This document shows positions 29,502 to 38,672 of a stretch of DNA of 64,000 nt, one piece after another. The notes under the pieces were generated by a model. It was not told the DNA's origin. It did no database searches and was given only the letters and a program-made list of their open reading frames with translations. Made by a program: the position numbers and the translations under genes. The DNA comes from a virus (taxonomy: Duplodnaviria; Caudoviricetes): the IMG/VR virus record IMGVR_UViG_3300032302_000065, one strand, 5' to 3'. How positions within the stretch are numbered: position 1 is the first letter of the stretch; every line of letters begins with the position of its first letter.

Positions 29502-30779
29502 TTAGAACTGAATGATAAGTTTTACGTCTTCGATCTGGTCTGCCGCTCTAGAGATAGGTACTCTATTTTCGACATAAAGAATGTCACCAGTATATGGTTG
29601 CAAACCTGGAGTTGTAATACCCGCAATAGTACCTGTGGCAGCCGATGTACCACCAGTTGCTGTTGCACTATTTGCGAAATTTTGATTTACTGGCTTAGTT
29701 GTATATAGATATGGCGATGTCCACTCAACAACAGATGCTGTATTTGAACCGCTTGTGATAGTCTCATCTAATGAGAATGTTCCTGAAACGGCAGCCATTT
29801 GATATCTAAACGACTGTCTGTAAGAAGATGCAGTTGCTCTTGTTGTTGTACCATACAAGTATGGATCACGAACGATACCAACTTGACGGAATTCGTTAGC
29901 AGTAGAAATTGTATTAGATTCGCTACCATCAAGACGAACGTTAATCATAATATACTTAGCGCCCATTTCTTCGATAGGATCAGCACCGTGACCATAGCGT
30001 GGAGAAATGATTGGCAATGCGGCGGCCGCACCAGAACTAAATGATACCGATGCTTTAGTGTATCCGCTACCAGCATTTGTAATTGTAACCGCTGTAACTG
30101 CACCACTAGAGATTGTTGCATTTGCAGTAGCACCAGTACCGTCACCAGTAATTGTTACTGAAGGCGCAACACCGTATCCAGATCCACCACTAACAACCTT
30201 AACAATTTCAATCGATCCATCAACTGCGGCACTCTGTACGCTCCATTGTGTTGTTCCGTCATCGGAAGCCAACGTCTGAACTGGCATGTAATCACTAGTT
30301 AAAAACTTAAGTGCTTTAGCAGTAGAAACTGTGTACATGAATTTCCAAACATAACCATCTGCTGTAGTAAATCTAGATGTGCTAGTTCCAGTTGGTTTTG
30401 TTGTCGATGCCGTACCGCCATTGTTAAACAAGCACTTATAAACATTATAGTCTTCAGTCAAAACGTAAAAGTTTTCTGTAAGAATATTTACGTCTGTATC
30501 ATCATACGCTGTGTATACTGTTCCGCTTGTCCAATCATAACGTGGAACTGCATGTGTTACGTCAGCACTTTGAATACGTTTTACGCCATACATATCACGC
30601 CATGGTGTATATTCGATGTTTGCTGTTGAATTGATTGGTGTTGGAGGCACGTTATCATTTGGAAATGCTGTGTTTTTACCCACAAACAAATACATAATAG
30701 TATTTGCCGCCTCTGAAAAAGATTCATAAAATTGCTGTGCGTTATGAATTCTAAATTTGCTAGTTACAATTGATGCCAT
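29502..30779 (-). CDS. gp8: Baseplate wedge subunit
   Basis: FYVLTEDYNVYKCL, DGYVWKFMY, GDILYVENR..R..DQIEDVKLIIQF. Confidence 0.92.
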   Translation of the reverse strand: MASIVTSKFRIHNAQQFYESFSEAANTIMYLFVGKNTAFPNDNVPPTPINSTANIEYTPWRDMYGVKRIQSADVTHAVPRYDWTSGTVYTAYDDTDVNILTENFYVLTEDYNVYKCLFNNGGTASTTKPTGTSTSRFTTADGYVWKFMYTVSTAKALKFLTSDYMPVQTLASDDGTTQWSVQSAAVDGSIEIVKVVSGGSGYGVAPSVTITGDGTGATANATISSGAVTAVTITNAGSGYTKASVSFSSGAAAALPIISPRYGHGADPIEEMGAKYIMINVRLDGSESNTISTANEFRQVGIVRDPYLYGTTTRATASSYRQSFRYQMAAVSGTFSLDETITSGSNTASVVEWTSPYLYTTKPVNQNFANSATATGGTSAATGTIAGITTPGLQPYTGDILYVENRVPISRAADQIEDVKLIIQF

Positions 30780-30827
30780 TTAGGTTTCTCCTTTTGAATA
30801 CTGTACTGATGTTGTTTTTCATTTACT

Positions 30828-30835
30828 TATTTATA
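30828..30835 (-). promoter_or_regulatory. T4-type late promoter TATAAATA for gp8
   Basis: Exact consensus in the gp7-gp8 gap. Confidence 0.75.
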
Positions 30836-30871
30836 TAAGTTTTTTTCGAATCTTGCTGTCATTTTACGTAT

Positions 30872-33800
30872 TTAGGCTGATATTTTATATGCAATAACAC
30901 CGCTAAATTGATTTATTGGAAGTCTGTCTGTAATCATATATGTCGTATTTGCAATAGACTGTACGGTGAAATATTCATTGTTTGCGACAAACACATCACC
31001 CAAGACAAAATCTCTCACAAAATCTACTGGTCCTGTGCCGATAACTATAGGAGCCAATTCAGAGAATCCTCTCTCACGAATCGAATATAGTGTAGTTGCA
31101 CTATAGCTTGACAATGGTAAATCTCCAAATGTTGGAGTTGCTGATGCAACCGTTCCATCGTATCCAGTTACTTTAGTATATTTTATATATGTCGAAGAAT
31201 TTACTATTGTTGGATACAATGTATCAAATTGTTCTTGTGCAATAATATTTCCTGTTCCACCAGGAATAAAATCTTGGAAAGATAAAGTTGAAATATCTTT
31301 TGGTTTAACATCGCCATAAGTTGTGTCATATGCCTGAATAACTCTAGTCTTGTAAGATAAACCAAACTTAGATGGAATTTCAGCCGTTGACATATCCAAT
31401 GCATTCTTGAACTGAACTTTAACACGATTGTATTGTCTCAAATCAATAGATGTTTCAGAGAGCATACTCACAACATTGGCCGCATTTGCACTAGTTAATG
31501 TAACTGGTACAATAAAATTCATTGGTGAATATAGTCTTTGGTTAACGTAGCCCGGAAGAGCAGGAACGTTAACAATCATATGCGTATTATTCGCAACAGA
31601 ATCTACGTCAAATAATTGACTGTCTGCAATGAATTTACTTCCATGATGAAAGTCGGTAGTAAATTCGGTTTGCGTTCCAATTACTACGGATGCAGGATCA
31701 CTAAAAGTGTCTTCTAAAAGATATGCATCTGCTATCGGCAAATCTCTATAGAAATTGACTTCAACATCACCATAAGTTGATGTTAATGAGTTTGCGGTTC
31801 CATGAAGTCTATACTGCAATGCAGATACTGTTTTACCTGCATCGGATGAAATATCATGGAATGATCTTCTTCTAACTTCATATTTGTCTGCTGGAATATT
31901 TACAGATGAGTCTTGAACAGAGTTAAAAATAAGGTCAAGTCTTTTATAATTGCTAGTAGAAGAAAGATCATTTGAAATAACAGGTTTGATTTTTGTGTAT
32001 CTTCCCGTAATTTCTTTTTCTGTTTCAAAATATGTACTGAATGTTGCGTTAGCATAATCTATGTCAGCAACAAATTCGCTTTCTCTAAAATGCTCATAGA
32101 AATTTTTTGTTGAAGATTGATAGAGTTTACTTTCGCCTAATGAAATTTCATATCCATGTTTCACATTCATTACTGGCTTAAACTGTATATTAGTTTTACC
32201 TGAAGTGGTTCCAGATGTAACTGATGGATCCGTTTTTAATGGTAACGATACTGTCATCCACTCTGAAAGTGATGGAGAAACATTTGATACGGATTTTGAT
32301 GGATTACCACCAGGAACTAATTTTAATTCATATCTTTTATTTGTTGTAGTATCGTCTAATAGAGGAGATGAAATATCTTTGAATGTTTTTACTTTCTGTT
32401 CCCAATGGAACCTAGACGTAATAATCTGTGCGTCAGTTAAAAACTCGTTATGTATGCTAACAATATACTCACGTATAGTTTGTGATTTAAATATAATATC
32501 TGCTTCAACTTCAATCTTAGTGCTTAGTAAAAGTTCACCGAATGCTTGAAGACCAGCTGGATGCAATAATTTCTTTATCGTATCTTTATATGCATTGAAC
32601 ACTAAACCACTCTTAATAACATAAGAGAAGTCTTGATAATAGTATGAGTCTTGGATTTTTTTATAGTTTACTTTACCATCGTCACTAATCCAATTACCTT
32701 CTTTAACACCAAGTCCCGAAATGATTGGAGTTAAATTTGCATTTCCATCACCATACGAATTGACGTTTGCTGTAGCAGTAGTATATCCAATACCAAAATC
32801 TTTAACAATAATTTCACGAATTGATCCGATACCTGTTGCATTATTGGCTACGTCAATAGTAACGTTTGCGCTTTTACCTTGAATGTTTGTCGCAACTAAA
32901 TTTGCGCTAGAACCCGTTGTGGTAGAAACTGTGATTGTTGGTAAACTTGTTGGTGTATATCCGCTACCATAGTTTGTCAATTCGATTCTAGATATAGGAC
33001 CTTTTACCTTCCAATCTTCATTTTTAATGATATCTTTGCCGGTTTCAGCAATCATTTTTGTGTCATCTTCAAATTTCAAATCATATGTCGTAGTCTCTAC
33101 AACGGATGCAACAATACCGGCTGCGTTAGAACCAGACCCACCAGTAAATATTAAAGTGTTACCAACACCATAATTTGTACCTGCATTGTTAATCGTAATT
33201 AAATTTTCGGACAATAAACCTAAAGAAGAAATGACAGCATCTTCTAGTGTTACTGATGGTTTTTTGTAATAATTTGAACCACGATTAATAATTGAAATTT
33301 CTGAAACTTCACCAACTGTGTATGTGTTCGATCCACTTGTTACATTATAGGTGTTTGCTAATCCCGTGACACGAATAATCAAACCAGAACCACCTGTTCC
33401 GGCATTATTAATTGTTGCAGTAGTGTTTAATTGATATCCATAACCAACTGAGTTTACTTTAAATGCTGTGATTGGAGATTGTTTGATAGATGCAACAGTA
33501 GCTTGTGCTTCTTTACCATCACCAGATATAGAAACGTTATCACCAACCGCATAACCTGAACCAGAATCATTGAGTGTAAATCCAGTAACCATGCCATATA
33601 CGCTAGTATTAGCAATTGATTCATCGTTCAATACTTCGATTGTTTCACCCGCAGTAAACACTCCGTCAACCAACGTAAGTGTCATTTCTGCAATTTCAAT
33701 AGACCCCAAAAAGAACTTTCTAATGTCAACAACATTACCCAACGCACCACTAGATTTTCCGACTACAGTTTTATTAATGTAGCTAAAAATTTGTGGGTTG

Positions 33801-34426
33801 ATAGCGGCTCTAATGATTTTAGTCTTTTCAAACTTACCATCAGAAATTCTTAATAAATCGGTTCCTGGATAATAAAATTCAGAGTTCTGCCCGTATAAAT
33901 GTTTTAATAAGAAACGGTATGACTCTTCATTACTCTTAGACTGATATAAGTCTTTATATCGTAGTGCGATATCTCTTGCATTGCCGTAGACATTTTTTGG
34001 AATGTTGTCGTATAATTCTTCTTTTAAGAAATCGACATACTTGTCAACAGAATTATCAATTGTTCTGTAGTCAAGTAATTTTCCCGATTTTCTGACAACG
34101 TTATCTTTTATGCCAGAAGAGATTCCCACAGCATTAGAGGTTTGACCCGTAATGTTTTCATATCTATCAAATGAAATTGTAGACGTTGAACGTATTACAA
34201 TATTACCATCAGTTTTAACTTCTTTTATTATTCCTGTTGCGCCAGAAGTTTCACCAACGACTATTTCATCACGAACAAACGTTCCTGTAATTCCAGAAAA
34301 CGATATGTGTGTAGTTTGTAGCCATTCATAATATGCTTTTAAGAATAGTAAAAAATTCTCCGATGCAACATCATCGGGGAAAAAATTACTTATTCCTAAT
34401 GCAGGATTAAATTTATTGTTGTCCAT
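30872..34426 (-). CDS. gp7: Baseplate wedge initiator (gp7-like)
   Basis: FLKAYYEWL, YQSKSNEES, IQDSYYYQDFSYVIKS, LLHPAG; position between gp6 and gp8. Confidence 0.8.
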   Translation of the reverse strand: MDNNKFNPALGISNFFPDDVASENFLLFLKAYYEWLQTTHISFSGITGTFVRDEIVVGETSGATGIIKEVKTDGNIVIRSTSTISFDRYENITGQTSNAVGISSGIKDNVVRKSGKLLDYRTIDNSVDKYVDFLKEELYDNIPKNVYGNARDIALRYKDLYQSKSNEESYRFLLKHLYGQNSEFYYPGTDLLRISDGKFEKTKIIRAAINPQIFSYINKTVVGKSSGALGNVVDIRKFFLGSIEIAEMTLTLVDGVFTAGETIEVLNDESIANTSVYGMVTGFTLNDSGSGYAVGDNVSISGDGKEAQATVASIKQSPITAFKVNSVGYGYQLNTTATINNAGTGGSGLIIRVTGLANTYNVTSGSNTYTVGEVSEISIINRGSNYYKKPSVTLEDAVISSLGLLSENLITINNAGTNYGVGNTLIFTGGSGSNAAGIVASVVETTTYDLKFEDDTKMIAETGKDIIKNEDWKVKGPISRIELTNYGSGYTPTSLPTITVSTTTGSSANLVATNIQGKSANVTIDVANNATGIGSIREIIVKDFGIGYTTATANVNSYGDGNANLTPIISGLGVKEGNWISDDGKVNYKKIQDSYYYQDFSYVIKSGLVFNAYKDTIKKLLHPAGLQAFGELLLSTKIEVEADIIFKSQTIREYIVSIHNEFLTDAQIITSRFHWEQKVKTFKDISSPLLDDTTTNKRYELKLVPGGNPSKSVSNVSPSLSEWMTVSLPLKTDPSVTSGTTSGKTNIQFKPVMNVKHGYEISLGESKLYQSSTKNFYEHFRESEFVADIDYANATFSTYFETEKEITGRYTKIKPVISNDLSSTSNYKRLDLIFNSVQDSSVNIPADKYEVRRRSFHDISSDAGKTVSALQYRLHGTANSLTSTYGDVEVNFYRDLPIADAYLLEDTFSDPASVVIGTQTEFTTDFHHGSKFIADSQLFDVDSVANNTHMIVNVPALPGYVNQRLYSPMNFIVPVTLTSANAANVVSMLSETSIDLRQYNRVKVQFKNALDMSTAEIPSKFGLSYKTRVIQAYDTTYGDVKPKDISTLSFQDFIPGGTGNIIAQEQFDTLYPTIVNSSTYIKYTKVTGYDGTVASATPTFGDLPLSSYSATTLYSIRERGFSELAPIVIGTGPVDFVRDFVLGDVFVANNEYFTVQSIANTTYMITDRLPINQFSGVIAYKISA

Positions 34427-34428
34427 CT

Positions 34429-36246
34429 TTATCTATTTACGAGACTAATTGATTTGTCATCTATCATATTAACTGTTATGTCTTCGGAACGAATAGAAAG
34501 AATTTGATTTCTCAAAGGAAGAATATCTTTGTTTGCTGGTGTGGCTGTTAGTTTTAAAGTATTACCGCCATCAGCAAATGCAGTTGGAGTAAAACTATTA
34601 AGAATAATTTTTCCTGTTGAATAATTTACGCTTCCAGCATTTAAAAGAACAGCAATGCTTTCATTTTTTTCTGTTCTATAAATTCTAATTATTCCATTGT
34701 TTTCATCAAATTTGCAAGTATCGTATCCGGCATAACTGAATACATTCGAATAAATTTTATTTCCTATACCAAAAGGTTGCGTAGTTGATCTACCATCACT
34801 TGCATTATCGATTGCATTTGAAAAATTAATTTCGTATTTTGTCGGAACGTTCAATTGAACATTCAACTCTTTTCTCATTAAAGTTGAAGTATCGTTGTTC
34901 AATATAGACGCTTCAGCCATATCAATCAATCTTGATAATTTTGAATATCTAAAATATTTTCCAAATTGATTTATCTCATCAATATTGTATGTTTGTATAA
35001 TTTTTGTAATCAAATCAGATAAATCATTAGTTCCCAATATAGTCTTATTGGCTTCGTATTTGACAGTAGAAGATATGATAATATACAAATATTCAGGATC
35101 AACAATTTCAGTTGAGATAGTGAGAATCTTTTTAGGGTCAATAACAGATTTGATTAAGTTATCTTTTTCGGTTGGCGTCAATACTTCACCTGATGTTGGT
35201 TTGATTGCAACATAAACTTTACCATAAGTTGGCGGATCATTGTCTTCTCCACCCCAAACAACAACAGAGTCCACATTAGACTGCTTCAATAGTAACGCTT
35301 TATAATCATCGGCAGTAACTGCACGATTTTGTGCCTCATACATTTTTGGCGCATTAAATTTAATTTGAGAAACAGTTTCTCTATCTGCACCTCCAGCCGC
35401 TGGATCGTCAGCAGTAAATGTTGCGGATATGACATCAGTAATTGTATCATTATATGTTAATGCATTAATGTCATTAGCCAAACTTCCATTGGAAACAAGA
35501 TAACTCAATACAACTACATTGCCATTGTTTAATGCAATACCAAATGTACCATCGCCAAATTTAACTTCATATTGCCCATCTTCAGATTCTTCTAAGAAAT
35601 ATATTTGAGATGTAGTGTTTAATTCCACTAAATTTTCAGCTTGAACAAATGTTCTTGATGTGCTGTCTGAAGAAGAGTTTAATATAGATACAGTCAATGT
35701 TGTAGTATCAATATTTGCGTTTGGAATTAAAAATCTTTGTTCTTTATCCGAACTCAATACTGTATATCGTGTTCTAATTAATTGTCCTTCTTTTAGTACG
35801 ATACTAGTAGAATACACTCCAGAATTGTTGTAGACTGTTTTTGATTGGACGTTAGAGAACGTATAAGTTTTTCCATCAATGATTCCTGAAAATTCTGTGT
35901 ATGCAGGAATTAAAACTGCGGATGGACTACCATTAGTAGTTAACGTAACAGTACCAGTGATGCTAGCCGATGTAGTTGATCTTGGCGTATAGTTTAAAGA
36001 CTTTGCTAAGTTAACAACCGAATTTCTTTTTTGTGCAGTAGAAAGAAAAGATTCGGATGCTACCATGTTAAGATAGAAAGAATTGTAGTAGGTATTGTAG
36101 GCAAGCAAGTCTAACAATACTGAAATACCAGCACCTTCAAAATTATAATCCCTAAACTGATCTTGAGATTTTAAATAGTTTTTGAAGTTAGCTTTAATTC
36201 CATCAAAACTAAGTTCATCGATTTTTAGATTGTTATCTATGGCCAT
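34429..36246 (-). CDS. gp6: Baseplate wedge subunit
   Basis: DYNFEGAG..LLDLLAYNT, QNRAVTADDY, WGGEDNDPP.YGKV. Confidence 0.96.
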   Translation of the reverse strand: MAIDNNLKIDELSFDGIKANFKNYLKSQDQFRDYNFEGAGISVLLDLLAYNTYYNSFYLNMVASESFLSTAQKRNSVVNLAKSLNYTPRSTTSASITGTVTLTTNGSPSAVLIPAYTEFSGIIDGKTYTFSNVQSKTVYNNSGVYSTSIVLKEGQLIRTRYTVLSSDKEQRFLIPNANIDTTTLTVSILNSSSDSTSRTFVQAENLVELNTTSQIYFLEESEDGQYEVKFGDGTFGIALNNGNVVVLSYLVSNGSLANDINALTYNDTITDVISATFTADDPAAGGADRETVSQIKFNAPKMYEAQNRAVTADDYKALLLKQSNVDSVVVWGGEDNDPPTYGKVYVAIKPTSGEVLTPTEKDNLIKSVIDPKKILTISTEIVDPEYLYIIISSTVKYEANKTILGTNDLSDLITKIIQTYNIDEINQFGKYFRYSKLSRLIDMAEASILNNDTSTLMRKELNVQLNVPTKYEINFSNAIDNASDGRSTTQPFGIGNKIYSNVFSYAGYDTCKFDENNGIIRIYRTEKNESIAVLLNAGSVNYSTGKIILNSFTPTAFADGGNTLKLTATPANKDILPLRNQILSIRSEDITVNMIDDKSISLVNR

Positions 36247-36635
36247 TATGCCGTCCTTGTTATTGTTGCGACTAGATTTCCTACTCTATTAATGCCTTTT
36301 ATTCTATATTGCACTTTTATGTCAATTCCCTGGCCATCATCAATGTAATCGACAACAATATCTCCTACGTCAACCCTAGGCTCAAAACGTGTTATGGAAT
36401 CTTTCAATTCTTTCTGGAGATTAAATTCTGTATATCCAGGAACATAATTAAACAAATAATTGTCGATATTGCATCCATATGTTGGATTAAAAGGTCTAGT
36501 TCCTTTTCTAGTTTTTATTAGATTCATTATAGACCTTCTAATAGCAACCTCATTTATAATAGGGCGAACGTCTCCACTCACCGGATGCGGTGTGAAGTCT
36601 AGTCCCAAGTCTTTATAGAATGCGATATCTGCCAT
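36246..36635 (-). CDS. gp25: Baseplate wedge subunit
   Basis: YKDLGLDF..HP, RPFNPTYG, FEPRV. Confidence 0.93.
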   Translation of the reverse strand: MADIAFYKDLGLDFTPHPVSGDVRPIINEVAIRRSIMNLIKTRKGTRPFNPTYGCNIDNYLFNYVPGYTEFNLQKELKDSITRFEPRVDVGDIVVDYIDDGQGIDIKVQYRIKGINRVGNLVATITRTA

Positions 36636-36648
36636 TTTTTTCTTTTAT

Positions 36649-36834
36649 TTATGTTGTTTGTTCTGCCGTTTTGGCATCTTGAATTTCTTTTCTGCGCTCT
36701 TTTGTTGCTTTGCTCAATTCAGCTAATGCTTTTCTCGCTCTAGTGCCAGCGGCTTTGTTGCCTTTGCTTTCAAATTTTTCGTTCTCTGCGAGATACGATT
36801 CAAATAAATTTACTAAGTTTTCGTGATTTGTCAT
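36649..36834 (-). CDS. Histone H1-like (Hc1-type) small basic protein
   Basis: KGNKAAGTRARKAL..L.K..KERRKEI motif; AAGGA RBS. Confidence 0.75.
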   Translation of the reverse strand: MTNHENLVNLFESYLAENEKFESKGNKAAGTRARKALAELSKATKERRKEIQDAKTAEQTT

Positions 36835-36853
36835 AATTATTCCTTATAAAATG

Positions 36854-36882
36854 TTGACATTTGCTTGACATAGTGTTACACT
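36854..36882 (+). promoter_or_regulatory. Sigma70-type promoter antisense to the late operon
   Basis: TTGACA-17nt-TACACT on the + strand; second TTGACA at 36865. Confidence 0.5.
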
Positions 36883-36904
36883 ACTGTGTAGCCTATGATT
36901 TTAA

Positions 36905-37480
36905 TTAAGTATTAGCAATAGGTAAAGTAGCCGCAACTGCAATTGCAATATCCTGCGTCTTATCCTTTTCCTCTAATGATGTTAATCTGTTTAGTATTTC
37001 TGATAAAGTGGTGTTATTCAACCCATCAGACAATCTTAACTCTGTATTACCATGAAGTCTAAAATTTGTATTTGATGATATAGTAATCTTATCATCATTT
37101 GTGTTCCACAGAATAGAATTTTTGTCATCTACAGTCGCAAAATTTCTAGTCATACTTGGAGCCACCCCAAAATATTCAGAAGCGGCTTCAGGTATAGCAG
37201 GTAAGTATCCTAAGATTGCTGGTTCTTGTGCAGACAATGAGTCTAAGAAAAAGCCAAAGACCCAATCGCCAAGTCTGGGAGTACCATAAAGATTTGGCGT
37301 ATTTAATGGGTGAATAGAAAGTGCCCAAGGCAAGTCTTCAGTCGGAACTAAATTAGTTGACTTTGCTGGATGATATCCAAAACATCTGACTTTGCATCTG
37401 CCAAGTGTCAATGGATCGTCAATACTTTCAACGATACCAATCCACCAAACAAATCCATCCTGCCCAATAAAATTTGCCAT
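36905..37480 (-). CDS. gp5: Short gp5-like protein (N-terminal OB-fold only)
   Basis: WWIGIVESIDDPLTLGRCKVRCFGYH..LPWA..WVFGFFLD..QEP; ends at 191 aa. Confidence 0.85.
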   Translation of the reverse strand: MANFIGQDGFVWWIGIVESIDDPLTLGRCKVRCFGYHPAKSTNLVPTEDLPWALSIHPLNTPNLYGTPRLGDWVFGFFLDSLSAQEPAILGYLPAIPEAASEYFGVAPSMTRNFATVDDKNSILWNTNDDKITISSNTNFRLHGNTELRLSDGLNNTTLSEILNRLTSLEEKDKTQDIAIAVAATLPIANT

Positions 37481-37483
37481 TAA

Positions 37484-37714
37484 TTATCCCAAATGCTTAA
37501 AGTACTGAATTTGTCTCTCTTGACTTGCAACCCATTCATCTGATGGTTTACCCTCACCTTTATAGTAGCGTAAAGGCTTGCCTGTCTTCTTAGAGACTAG
37601 TGCCCACTTGCCATCCACTTGTTTAAGTACTTCAGTTAATTCTGCACCAAAAACTTCTTCTTCCCATTCTTCTTGCGAAAGTGTAGTGCCTTTAATAAAC
37701 TCTTTAAATTTCAT
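37484..37714 (-). CDS. Hypothetical protein, possible internal head protein
   Basis: MKFKEFI N-terminus, LTE site, KWALVSKKTGK..ERQIQYFKH. Confidence 0.65.
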   Translation of the reverse strand: MKFKEFIKGTTLSQEEWEEEVFGAELTEVLKQVDGKWALVSKKTGKPLRYYKGEGKPSDEWVASQERQIQYFKHLG

Positions 37715-38661
37715 AATTTGTCCAATTCTGATGTGTCTACTGAACCTGGAGGAACGTTATCACGTATCCAAGTCAGTAATTGTTTCTTCACATCAAGTTC
37801 TGTTTTCGCTGGTTTTCCTGGTTCTTTAAGAGTTAAATATTTAAAATCTTTGATGACAGGATTTCCTTTTGAGTCTTTATATGCCCTGTTTGTTTTTGGA
37901 TCAACAATAAAGACTGTATTCTCAGGATTATTTAGAATGACATAAACACCACCTCTGACAGAAGGTGGCATAGCATTTGTTACTAAATTATAAACTGTTT
38001 CGGCCGCCCCTTTGTGTGTTGCTAATAGAATATCTTCTGGCACAACTCTTGATCTACCTTTATTATTTTGAATTGCAATTTGATAATTTGTCAAAACCCA
38101 AGTTACATGAATATTTTCAGATTCATATCCAGCATTAAATAATTTGGGTAAAACAGAAGTCATATCATCAACTTCTTTAAATGTGCTATCAAAAATAATA
38201 TTTGGCAACTGACCTTTTTCTGCACCAGCAAGCATTAAATCTAAAGTTTTATCTTTAACGCCGGTTGCACGAACAAGAACGTGCAACATATAAACGTTAG
38301 TGGGAGTTCTTAAATTTAAATCACCTAATCTTAAATTTTTATCAATCAATTCTTTTTGAATAAGGTCTTTATCTTTTGATGAAATTTTATCGCCATATTT
38401 TGCAAGCAAATCTTTAGTCGTAAATTTTTGAATGGCATCTAATTTTTGAAATGCTTTTTTTAATTCATCAACGTCACGGACTTTAAAGTCAGATCCTTGC
38501 ATAAAATGTTGAATTGCGAATCCTTTACCAGATCCGGCGCCTCCAGCAAGAAATACAATCTGTCCGTACTTTGCGCCTTTGTTGTAAAGAATTTGTTTCT
38601 CTACAAGTTCATATGCTTTGTAGTCTTTTAAATCTACATATTCTGAAAATTTGAGTTTCAT
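37711..38661 (-). CDS. P-loop NTPase/kinase (zeta-toxin/AAA_33-like)
   Basis: FLAGGAGSGKG Walker A, IIFDST, RSRVVPEDIL. Confidence 0.7.
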   Translation of the reverse strand: MKLKFSEYVDLKDYKAYELVEKQILYNKGAKYGQIVFLAGGAGSGKGFAIQHFMQGSDFKVRDVDELKKAFQKLDAIQKFTTKDLLAKYGDKISSKDKDLIQKELIDKNLRLGDLNLRTPTNVYMLHVLVRATGVKDKTLDLMLAGAEKGQLPNIIFDSTFKEVDDMTSVLPKLFNAGYESENIHVTWVLTNYQIAIQNNKGRSRVVPEDILLATHKGAAETVYNLVTNAMPPSVRGGVYVILNNPENTVFIVDPKTNRAYKDSKGNPVIKDFKYLTLKEPGKPAKTELDVKKQLLTWIRDNVPPGSVDTSELDKL

Positions 38662-38672
38662 TTTTTTGACCT

